This document shows positions 27,485 through 37,900 of a DNA stretch of 64,000 bases, piece after piece. Each line of letters starts with the position of its first letter. The first letter of the stretch is position 1. The translations under genes were made by a program, and so were the position numbers. The DNA is from a virus. Under the pieces are notes generated by a model, which saw only the letters and a program-made list of their open reading frames with translations, was not told the origin of the DNA and made no database searches. The stretch lies in IMG/VR virus record IMGVR_UViG_3300032278_000003, positions 2,968 to 66,967 of that record, one strand, 5' to 3'.

Positions 27485-28864
27485 TTAGAAGTCTAATCTT
27501 ACCCTGATCGTTAGATCCTTTTCGTCGTTTTTCTCTATGGGTCGAGAAGTCTTGGCGACTGCTAACAGTTCGTCATAATCGCCGTAAAGACCGACAGTCG
27601 TGATGTAAGAAAATGGTTTTTCAAGCGTGTTGATTGCATCGCTTGTCACGACAATGTTACCCGTTGAATCGACGTAAGTTGGGTTAGCTGAGTAGTTGAA
27701 TTCATCGGGCATAGCACGGATGAAATAGATGGTTGAGTTAATCTCTGTTTTATTCTGAAATGTTATCGCTGTACCAGCGTCAGTACCGAACCTTGCGCTA
27801 CAAACGTGGCTTACTATGTCATCAACAGAACCGCTAGTGAAAAAATACGGGTACACCTGACCGCCTGTGGTCACAGCGGCAGTATAAGCTGTTGGCGCGG
27901 TGCCAGCAGCTGAACCGTCAGTGCCGTAAGTTAGGACGCGGTTCGCTTCTACGCCATCTGTCGTTTCTTGTGGTGGGCCGAATAACGCTTTACCCGCGGG
28001 GATGGCATCAGCCGCTGAGAAATCTCCGACAGCACTTGATGCGGTCGAAGTCATCGCATCGATCACCCCGAAACCAATATCGGTACTAGCAAAGACTTTT
28101 TCAACATCTAAAACTACGGTACCGTGATCGTAAAATATCAGACCGACAGTCTTGCTTGTGTCAGATGCCCAAACTATGTTTCCAACTTCGCCGCCGAAAG
28201 TTACCGGTCGGTTCGTTGATGCTCCGAAATCTGTATAAATTCTTTCGTTAGTCCCCTGGGTCTGAAACAGGTTATCAGCATACGCTCGAGTCCCCGTTTT
28301 TGCTGCGGCTAAGTTGTATTTCATCCTCATCGCAAACGTTTCACGCTTGATACCGTCTCTAACAAATAACCGGTGAAAAGACAAGAACAAAGCTGCGTGG
28401 ATCTCATCAGTAGCTGTTGTAGAATCAAAGGGCGCAGAGAATATCTGTTCTTTACCGTTTTCTTTGGAACCGGGACCCAAGAGGTTTGTAGAAAACTGCT
28501 TGTAGATATCTTGTTTTTCCCTCATCATTATCGATTCTTTTACATATCGCCTTTTACCAGCGGTGTCTTCAGAGATAAACGCAGCTGGAGCAACATTCGA
28601 ACCAGTTGCCGGGGTAGAGGAAGAAGAAAAACCGAAAGTGATATCAAAAAGGCTGTTTGCTGTTTGAAGGCTAAAATCTTGATCGAAAACTGTCTGGTAA
28701 AGAGAAGAAGTAACACCGGGACCGATGCTAGAAGTTACGAAAACTTCGTAACTTTTTCGAGAATTTGAGCCAGAGACATCCTCTCTAACAATATCTACTA
28801 ACTGATTTAATACTGATTTAGTATTTCTAATATCATTACTTAATAAAGACTTAAAAACGGCCAC
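27485..28864 (-). CDS. Baseplate/tail-associated structural protein
   Basis: 459 aa; EFNYSANPTY...YITTVGLYGDYDELLAVAKTSRPIEK...IRVRLDF C-terminus; GTG start with GGAG SD. Confidence 0.6.
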   Translation of the reverse strand: MAVFKSLLSNDIRNTKSVLNQLVDIVREDVSGSNSRKSYEVFVTSSIGPGVTSSLYQTVFDQDFSLQTANSLFDITFGFSSSSTPATGSNVAPAAFISEDTAGKRRYVKESIMMREKQDIYKQFSTNLLGPGSKENGKEQIFSAPFDSTTATDEIHAALFLSFHRLFVRDGIKRETFAMRMKYNLAAAKTGTRAYADNLFQTQGTNERIYTDFGASTNRPVTFGGEVGNIVWASDTSKTVGLIFYDHGTVVLDVEKVFASTDIGFGVIDAMTSTASSAVGDFSAADAIPAGKALFGPPQETTDGVEANRVLTYGTDGSAAGTAPTAYTAAVTTGGQVYPYFFTSGSVDDIVSHVCSARFGTDAGTAITFQNKTEINSTIYFIRAMPDEFNYSANPTYVDSTGNIVVTSDAINTLEKPFSYITTVGLYGDYDELLAVAKTSRPIEKNDEKDLTIRVRLDF

Positions 28865-28880
28865 TTAGAACTCCATTAAA

Positions 28881-29624
28881 TTAACTGTACTTTAAACTAA
28901 GATTTATCGTGTGTTGGATACCCGTCAATAAGCCGGTTACTACAACAACTGTCGTTATAGCACCCTCTGAATTACCGAAAGTATTGTATATCGTTTCATT
29001 CAGGGACGATTTGGGAGATAATGTCAAGTTTAATGTCGGATTACCGCTAGTCCCAACAGACGCTGCCTTACGATACATGGCCATCTGATCTCTTTGAGAA
29101 ATGTAAGACACGGGAAGGGGATTACCAGAGGCATCTTTAACAGTTAAAAACCTGCTTGATGCCCTTATCATAAACACAGATTCTTGTATATCAATGGGAA
29201 CAGTAGTGCCAGAAGTGTTACTAGAAGTCCCAGTACCTATCTTTTGAACTAACCTAACAGATGTTGACGGGCTATTGCTTATCTGAATTAGCGGCGTTGT
29301 TACGTTGGTAGAGATAGTTCCTTCTGACGCGTTAACGAGACTTGGAAGCTGAGTCTCTACCTGGCTTGACATGCTTAATAGTTTATATTTCAACCCAAGG
29401 TTATTGCTTGTTTGAGCCTCGAAAATAGGAGTATTTTTCTCTATCTTCTCTCTTCCGACAGTTAAGCCGAATTTTTTTATCAAGCTATAGTCTATTTCAT
29501 CGTCGCCCATTGCAAACTTGACAATCGAGAAAGAACCATCGTTTTGTGCCAGCCTCTGGCGGCCTAAATCTGTTAAAACTGCATCAACAATTATGTTATT
29601 AGTACTGTGATCAAGAAATCCCAT
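28881..29624 (-). CDS. Baseplate/tail-associated structural protein
   Basis: 247 aa; N-terminus DAVLTDLGRQRLA...IVKFAMGDDEIDY resembles the start of tail-collar fibre (DUF3751-like) domains. Confidence 0.6.
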   Translation of the reverse strand: MGFLDHSTNNIIVDAVLTDLGRQRLAQNDGSFSIVKFAMGDDEIDYSLIKKFGLTVGREKIEKNTPIFEAQTSNNLGLKYKLLSMSSQVETQLPSLVNASEGTISTNVTTPLIQISNSPSTSVRLVQKIGTGTSSNTSGTTVPIDIQESVFMIRASSRFLTVKDASGNPLPVSYISQRDQMAMYRKAASVGTSGNPTLNLTLSPKSSLNETIYNTFGNSEGAITTVVVVTGLLTGIQHTINLSLKYS

Positions 29625-29707
29625 AAATGTCTCCCAACTTACAATTAAATATACCTACAAGCTAAAAAGAGTAAAATTTATTCCTCTAAAGCAAGAGCTT
29701 AAGCTTG

Positions 29708-31975
29708 TTATTCGTCATCCGTCTTTATTTGGTTTTTAGAAACTCCCAATAATCCAGCAACTTCTTCGATTTCTGCAAAATCACCCAAGTTAAAATCAGT
29801 CCTATCATCAATTTGATATTTCAAAACGATATCATCATTTCTATCTGGGTTTAATATCTGCAAATAGTAGCAATTACTCAAGTGGCCACCCGCGTCGGGA
29901 TCCATGCATTTAACTACGTCTTTAATAGCTCCCTCGCCACGACCTAATTTGATCTTTTTATAATCGGGACGGAACTTAACAACCGCCCTCCTGTATCTTG
30001 CTGTTCGTGCAGAATCTTGAAAAGCACGAGTCGATACATACCAATTCGGAAAAACCAAAGGAGCACCCGGTGGAGAGATCTGTCTTACAGATAAATTGTG
30101 CGTTTTGGCATCTAAGTTAATTTTTAACTGTGCTCCATAATTCGATATCTGTCCGTGAGCATCAATCGCGCAGACCGTGTAAATGTAATCCCTGTCAGAC
30201 TTAAAAGTAAAATCTGAGTATACTGTGTTGGAATCTCCCAATTCTAGCCTCTTAACTAAATCGTGGCGATTGGGTGGTCGCTTCTTGTTTGCTATAAAAT
30301 CTGAATACTCTAGTAAAACTTTGATCTCTTGTAAGCTTTGTTCCTCGTCTTCGATCGAGTAATTAAAATCATAAATCTGAAGCAGCCTGAACGGTTCGTA
30401 TATAGTATTTCGTCTAAAAATTGCAAAATAAGTAGAATCTCTCTGTTTATCTACCGGGAAAGCCCAGTTTAAGGTTAAAGCTTTTTTGTAATACTCGTAA
30501 AACGCCGAAATATCTCTTGGGTATGATGGAGCTTTGGTTTCTCTCGTCTCAACTCTAAGAATATTCGAGTAAGGCGTGTTGACAAAATAGCTTCTTTTTA
30601 TCATATCACCAGTATTACCCAGTGGGATTGTAATACTGAAAGTTACTATACCTCTAATTGTGTACTTGTACTCTTTATCATAATTTAGAGCAGCGTCAAG
30701 ATACCTATTCGGTATATCTCCAGCAGTTCCCTCTTCGTTATTAAAACACGAAACAAAAATTAAAGGAAATTTTTCTGACCTATATTTTACTTCATCATCT
30801 TCGCCGGGTTCTACCGCTTGTTCTTTTTCAATCACGAATCCGACAAGCTTAAAATCAGAAATTCCGCTATTGGTAAAAGAATTAATAACTTCAACATCGT
30901 AACAAGCTGCGGATGAAAGCGTTCGTTCTAGAGGACCAGCTGGTTCTCCAACTATGGTTTCAATATCACCTGAACTTTTTTGAATGCCCAGTTTATCCAT
31001 AAACTCTTTCCAATAGATCAAGTTTTTTACCCGAGCTTGCATCCCTAATAACTCGCCAGAAAACCCGCTGGAATTAATACCCATTCTCCAGAGAAACTCA
31101 GAATTCATAACTATAGTAACATCTTCTGGTATCGCTTCAGTTTCGGGATAGTCTAAGTTTTCCAGCAAAGCGCTGTCTCTCACATCAACTACAGATTTTG
31201 AATCACCTGCAGCAGAATTGCTAAAATATTTATCGAAATATGCTTTATCGGCCATGGATGGTGGCGTGGTCTTCAATCCCTCTGCTGAGTAGTCCTTTGT
31301 GCTACTCACACTTAGCATGTTCTTATACTCAGTTTTTCCCACCACATCTTTCCAAAGAAACTCTTGTCGCTGAGCATATCCCGTTGAATCTACCTCTAAA
31401 GCAAACCAATTGTTAGTAGTTGAACCATCTTCACCCATAGCAGAAAACATGTCTAAATACTCGTTGGTGATATTAACAAAATCGCGTTGCTGGACCTCGA
31501 AGCTATCATACTCTTCAGAACCACTCATTGCTAACACTTGAGATGTTGACATATCACTCGGTCTCTTCTTAGTTAAACCAACTAAGTATCTAAAGACATC
31601 TATTTGAGATTTTGAAGCGACATTATCTTTATCAAACCCACCGGGTGGTTTCCATGCTAACCTGATATAGCTTGGTACTTTTCCGCTAGAGATCTTGTTA
31701 AACCCGTCAGATTCTACGTTTTTTCCCGTTATCGTCTTAATCTGTTCCATGGTTTTTTGGTTAAAAATTGGATTCTTAAAGCTGTACCTAGTTCTTTCGT
31801 TTTGAGTATAAAAATTGTAAATGAATATGTTATTAAAATTTAAGTTTTGGACAGTTGGGGCTGAATTTTCTTGATCGTCTTTCTTGAAGTGGGATTCCCA
31901 CCGTGGCGGTGGCACGTTAACGATGACAACTCCCATCGATGTTTTAGAAGCTTTATTGTTCTTAATATCTACCAT
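29708..31975 (-). CDS. Structural protein with fibronectin type III-like domains
   Basis: YLD...YDKEYKYTIRG, P-x-x-P...LTLNW..P...FAIFRR and YSD...YIYTVCAIDAHGQIS are FN3 patterns. Confidence 0.6.
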   Translation of the reverse strand: MVDIKNNKASKTSMGVVIVNVPPPRWESHFKKDDQENSAPTVQNLNFNNIFIYNFYTQNERTRYSFKNPIFNQKTMEQIKTITGKNVESDGFNKISSGKVPSYIRLAWKPPGGFDKDNVASKSQIDVFRYLVGLTKKRPSDMSTSQVLAMSGSEEYDSFEVQQRDFVNITNEYLDMFSAMGEDGSTTNNWFALEVDSTGYAQRQEFLWKDVVGKTEYKNMLSVSSTKDYSAEGLKTTPPSMADKAYFDKYFSNSAAGDSKSVVDVRDSALLENLDYPETEAIPEDVTIVMNSEFLWRMGINSSGFSGELLGMQARVKNLIYWKEFMDKLGIQKSSGDIETIVGEPAGPLERTLSSAACYDVEVINSFTNSGISDFKLVGFVIEKEQAVEPGEDDEVKYRSEKFPLIFVSCFNNEEGTAGDIPNRYLDAALNYDKEYKYTIRGIVTFSITIPLGNTGDMIKRSYFVNTPYSNILRVETRETKAPSYPRDISAFYEYYKKALTLNWAFPVDKQRDSTYFAIFRRNTIYEPFRLLQIYDFNYSIEDEEQSLQEIKVLLEYSDFIANKKRPPNRHDLVKRLELGDSNTVYSDFTFKSDRDYIYTVCAIDAHGQISNYGAQLKINLDAKTHNLSVRQISPPGAPLVFPNWYVSTRAFQDSARTARYRRAVVKFRPDYKKIKLGRGEGAIKDVVKCMDPDAGGHLSNCYYLQILNPDRNDDIVLKYQIDDRTDFNLGDFAEIEEVAGLLGVSKNQIKTDDE

Positions 31976-31977
31976 CT

Positions 31978-34900
31978 TTAGTTACTCGACCCAGCCTTTT
32001 TAATTTTTGCGCGTAAAGTTAACGGATACATAGAGTTTCTCTTAACTCTTCCATCAGTGCTGTTTAAGTAAGGCAAGCCCTCTCTTATTAAAGAAAAATC
32101 TTTTATCTCTTGACCATCTATTAACTCAATCTCTCCTGGTGTATCAATCAAACTACCGTCCAATTCTTTTCGGATATTTTTTTGCAAGACAAAATCATCT
32201 AGCTTGTATGTTAGACCGACAATATGATCAAAAACAAAACCGTGCTCAAACTGTTCTAACACCTCTTCCACATTGGAAAAAACTTCGTTTACTGACGTAA
32301 GTATTTCCGCAGCTGCTAAACTCCTCTTCGTAATCGGTTGTTCAAATTTGAACGGATAAAATATTTTGCTCTCTAAATCAACAGCATCTTTCGCGAATAA
32401 CGCGTTACTAAGATCGTCAAACTTAAATAGATCTTGCCGACCGATCTCGTCAAAGTGAGAGTAAAAAGGCGTTGAAGCTTCGTCTATCCTAGTCCTGTCA
32501 TAGAAATACTTAAGCAGATGCTGCGGACCTGTTTGAGCATTTTCAGCAACATTGCTAGCTCCTTTAAAAGTAGCAACTATTTTCGCCAAACTTTCCCGCA
32601 TGGGTTCTTGGTAATTCCTCTCTTCAGGCAACTCTCCCCTTCTATCTGGAAAATAATCTCCGACCGGAGCGTGACTGTTAAGATAGGGTATCGTGTATTC
32701 AAAAAAGTTCAAACCCAAAACGTGATTAGCATAAATCTTTAAAAATACGCTTAGTATTTCAACTTCATCGCTATACCCCTTTTTGACTTTAGAAACACCG
32801 CCCCTTAAATACCCAAGCGAATCAGCGAGTCCACGCCTGTTGTTTGATACTTCACTTCCCAGTGAAGAGACAGATATTCCTTCGTTAAATCGTGCTAGTA
32901 TATCTTCAACTCTAGAATGCTGGTTTTCTTGAGAATCCCAGTTAGTTGCAATTTTGATAATTTTACCACGAGAAAAATTTAAAACTTTTGTCTCAGGAGA
33001 TCGTTCTTTCGGATCAAACTTAAGAACTATCCATGGACGAAAATAATCAAACAACTCAAGCTGAATCTCAAAATCACCATCGCCAAAGAGGGAAAAATGA
33101 CCCTGGGTACTTTCGTCTTCATTGTCCAGATCATCCGGTGCTGACAGTATTCTTGTTAGCTCGCCAGTTTCTATACCGACAAAACAAACTCTAGTGTTTT
33201 GAGAATCGATCAAACCCAATTCATGAAACCACCTTTCTGCTTTTTTGTAAGAGTTAAGCTGGTTATGCTTGCTACCGAAATGGGGAGACTTAACCTCATT
33301 AGCAGCGGCACCGTGATTGTTTGGTGGAGCGAATGGGGTAAGTTTAAAACCGGGAACTATGCTAAGCTTTTTCCTGCCACCAGGACCGTATGGCAAATAC
33401 CACGATTCTTGAGAGCCGTCATTTCCATCGTGTCCGTGAGTCATCGCCCTGACCCTTAACGCGTTATAATTGTCTAACACTTCTGGCGTAACGTTGACAA
33501 ACCCAATCTTAGATATCTGCTCAACCGCTAACTGATTTGTCTTTCCTTGCTGCGCATTTTTTAAATCCTTAGCGATTTTTTCGTAGGTTGACATTGACAA
33601 ATCAAAAACTTCTCTATAGAGTTCAGCATACTGCTTCTGAGCATACAAGTACTGGTAATACTGCCTCTCTAAGCTATCAACGTTATTCACACTATTCTGG
33701 TGGGTATAATTTGACCAAGTTCCAGAACTTTGAGCATCAACATTTCTTGAAATATTACCCCATTTTGGCACAACAGCAATTTCCGGCGGGGTGTAATCTT
33801 CAACCCACTCCCTCTTAGCAGTTATTTCAAAATACGGATGATCTTCTTGCCAGAAAAAGCAGTAAGGTAACTGGGCCACGGTGGCTCTTGCTTTTCGTTG
33901 ATTAAAGCGAGAAGTACCGGTAGCTATCTCACAAATTTTGGCATGCATGTTTGTAAAAAACGTTTTAGCTTTAACTTTTTCAGCCTCAATTTTTCGCTCA
34001 ACCCGGGTATACATCGCACGGCTCCATGGAGCTTCCATCCACTCTTGGTAAGCATCTTCACCGTATGAATTGTAATACTGCGTTGCTGAACCCTCTCCTG
34101 TGACAAACTCGTTAATAGTGTATTCTTTATTTTGACCGTCGCCGGAATAATTACCGTGCTCATCAAACTCTAGACCTTCGTTGATTTCACTGACCATGTA
34201 ATCAAGCGCCATAGTACCCAAAGGGAGGGCTACATGCAAGTTATTCTTGTACCAATCTAAGCTTCTATCATAAAACGGTTGAGTACCAGAAATATTGAAT
34301 CCCTTAACGTAATCTGGCAAATACGTTGCTTCAGCGTCAGCCTCGGCTGTCCCGAAACCCATCGAAGGATTCAGCGTGCCCATCTGACCGGTACCGTCTT
34401 TATATACTGGGTCTGGGCTATAATGCGTCCAGTTTGAACCACCCTCTCCTGTAAAATATAGATAAGTAGTTACGGTATTTGCATCACCCTCAGAACCGAT
34501 ATACTCAGTCGGTATGCCACTATTGAGGTATTTAAACTCTGGATAAAATCTACCCGCGCGGACGTCATCTAGATCATCTGGATACGGATAATACTCAGAC
34601 GCGATATCTTTTCTATAGTATACATCTGCAGCGGTTATCTTGTTGTGCTCTATATCTTCGTCATGAAAACCCTCAGCTTTCCCAAGAAAAACTTGCCGGG
34701 CGACGGTTGAGATAGCTTTAAGACCGTCGTCTATCCGAACTAGCCCGTTATCCGGACCTCTATCTTCGTATGCCCACATCCAATCAACTGGGACTGCAGA
34801 TATTGTCGGTGCGTGACCCGTGTACTCTAAGATCCAGTCAGGTATCAACCCGATGCCCGATTCAGCACCCTCGGCAGGTTCTCTGGGGTTCGGTGGATTA

Positions 34901-37900
34901 TAACCGTCTCGAGAGTAGTAAAAATAATTATCTGGTCGCGGGGGTGGGGTGCCGTCCTGGTTATTATTTCCATCTACCCATCGACTCCACCAGGCATCCT
35001 GGCGGCCGCCCTTCTCTGGGTTTTTGGAAAAGCCGTAGGTCGGGTGGTTGTGAGCGTGACGGACCCAATCCCAAGTTTGATGCCCCCAACCGATGACAGC
35101 TGGGTCATCTTTCAGGTCATTGTAAAACAACCTTGCGTACTCGTACTGCTGTCGAAAACCCTCCACATTGTTGGACATCGTTATCCCAGTATCAGTTAAA
35201 CCGCCGTTTAAATCATCATAGTAAGCAAGAGCTAAAAACAAATTTGCCATCACCCATCTTGCGTTCTGGTTACCTCTTCGGTAATCCTCGACAGCTTCAA
35301 CATCTGAGACAGTGACTGGGCCACCGAATGAGTTATAGTGAGCTGCGTTGCCGCCGGAGGGGTGGTGATCGCCCAAGCGCCAGTCAGCGTACATATAATT
35401 GTCGCGGAACCCGCGGTTGTACGTCCGGCCATTGCCATAGAACTGTGCGTGATGAAAGCGAGGGCCAACGCGGACCGACTCTGGTAACTCTTTAGCAATA
35501 CCGTCTACAAGCATGTTACGATCGTTAGTGGGCCGACACCTGAGAGCGTGGGCGAACGAGTAAGTCCTTTTCTTCAGTTTAATATCAAATTTAATTCTAG
35601 TTATGATCTTGACTATCGGCTCTGACAATGGATAAATTTGGACCCAGTCACTTGAGTTATCTTCAGTGAAGTTATCCATTCTTCCCCTGAACACTTGCGA
35701 ACTTCCTACAAGATCATTAATGATCGGCATCTTTTCTAGTAGCTCGTTATACCATTTCGTTGGTAACAAACCTACCCTTGAGGAAAAGAAAGCATGAACT
35801 CGAGTAAAAGTACCCTCTCCAAGGGCAGCAAAATCACTTTGATTTTGCTCAAAATTTCGCCACCCGCCCTGCTCTAAGAAAATAGGTTTGGAAGAATAAC
35901 CAAAAAATGTATCTGCATCGCTTACGTCAAAATTAAAAGTCGTTTTTTCTCCATGGGTGTAGCTTATTAAAGCGCGGTCTGAAACAGAGAGTTGAGTTTT
36001 CAGTTTATCTCTAAATTTAATATTTTTCGGAACACAAGAAAACAAAAAATCACGATAATCTCTTCTGTTTACTAGCGCTGTTGTCTTATAAAGAAAATCG
36101 GTTTTTTCAAGCGTAGTTCCGCCTCGATTTATACCATGCGGAGCATCATCTTCTGATGCGAGCTGGATTTTCTGCCTTTGAAACGGGCTATTGAGCGAAA
36201 CGTGCGGTAAGAATCCAGAACGAGTGTGAATTGCGAAAGCAGTCCACTCATCTATAGAGTTATTGATAGGTTCAACAGCTAATCTGAAAACTGGCTCTTT
36301 TGACAACTGATCCTCAGCAATCTTGAAGTAATCGTTCGCCCGGGCGACATACTCATTTAGCTGGTAAGCTAACTGAGCCTGGCTTCCTCCCTCCGTTGTA
36401 AAAGTTCTTAACGTTCTTCGTATATTATCAGAGTAAGTACTTGTTCTATCATAAGATGATTGAGCATCTCTCACGTCATAATACCCGCTAGACACCACTT
36501 CTTGACGGTTTGAATTTTGAACTTGCTTAAACTTAAGCTTAACTTTGGGTAACTCTTTCGTGAATATCTCAGCTATCTTAACGTATTCCCAAACTACATC
36601 AAAAAGATCCTCGTCAGACATATTAACGATTTTTTCATCTTGACGGTTTTCAGCATTAGTCACTAATCCCAATCCACGGAAGATACCAAGCGGGTTATCG
36701 TTAAAGCTTGATTTACCCTCTATTTTTTCGAAAATATCTGCTAAATTTTGACCGTCTTCGATGGTTTCCTGGGTTGGATAGCCGTAAAAAAGCTGCGCGC
36801 ATATAGCTTCTGCAAGCATTATTAGAAAATTATCATCCCTATCCAAGTTTAGTACTTGGCTTCTCAACTTATTTATCGCAGACTGCTTAACGCCGTCATT
36901 CAGGTTTAACGAAGCAAAACCAGCTGTTTCTTTAGGACCGCCGGCTCCGATACCACGAACGCCCATAACCATATTATCTATTGTTCTAACATTAGTCTCT
37001 GCAGCAGTAGCATCTGTTCTTTGCGGTCTTCCTTCAGCAGGTTGTCCCTCAGAATTGCGTCTTGCTCGTCCCTGGTATTCATACTCTTGTTCTGTCGCTC
37101 CCGGACTGTATCCACCCTCGGAAGTAAATAAAAAATCTTGAACAACACCGGCATAATTTTCTTGCGCATCAGCTCGTCCAAAGAATCTGCTAACGGCATT
37201 AACAAATCCTTCTGAGTTTGGTGACATGCCAGTTCCAGCTTCAACTGTTCGAACGATGTTTCTTCGATACTGTGCTAAAGCCCTATCCCTGTTTCTTGGT
37301 AATTCGTCTACACGATCAGCTAAATTTGAAACATTGCTAAACAAACCAGAAACTAAGCTTGAGTTATCAAACCCCTCCCTAACTACATCTTCGTTCATCT
37401 GGTTCATCAAACCGATTTTTTGATTCAAAGTGAACCTAGTGAATGCTTTATTTTCTTCAAAAAAAACAGATTTTGGGTTGTTAAAATCCCTAATCCAGTT
37501 ATTGTCTTCAATTTTTTCGTGATACTGTGAGTACAAAGCGTTTGCAGCTTGAGAGTAAGCTATATCGCTGTAATAATGTGAAAAGAACGGTGAACCGACG
37601 TCGTTATACCTTTCAGATAGCTGAATCAGCACAGCGAAAAAGATATATTTCCTCTTTGAATCTATTGACATAGATCCAATAACCGTCCCGTTGATCAGCG
37701 AATTTATATCATCTCCCAGCTGACCGCCAGCAGCAACAGTGGCACCTACAGTGCCGCCCTCAGCAGTAGTACCGGCAGGGATATCTTGACCGGTGGATAA
37801 ATTTTGAGTAAAAACAGAAACACTGTTACTGTTTGCAGAATTTCCCAATAGTATCCTAGACGCTCTATTAAACGCGTTGCTCTTAAAAACTCCCAGCGAA

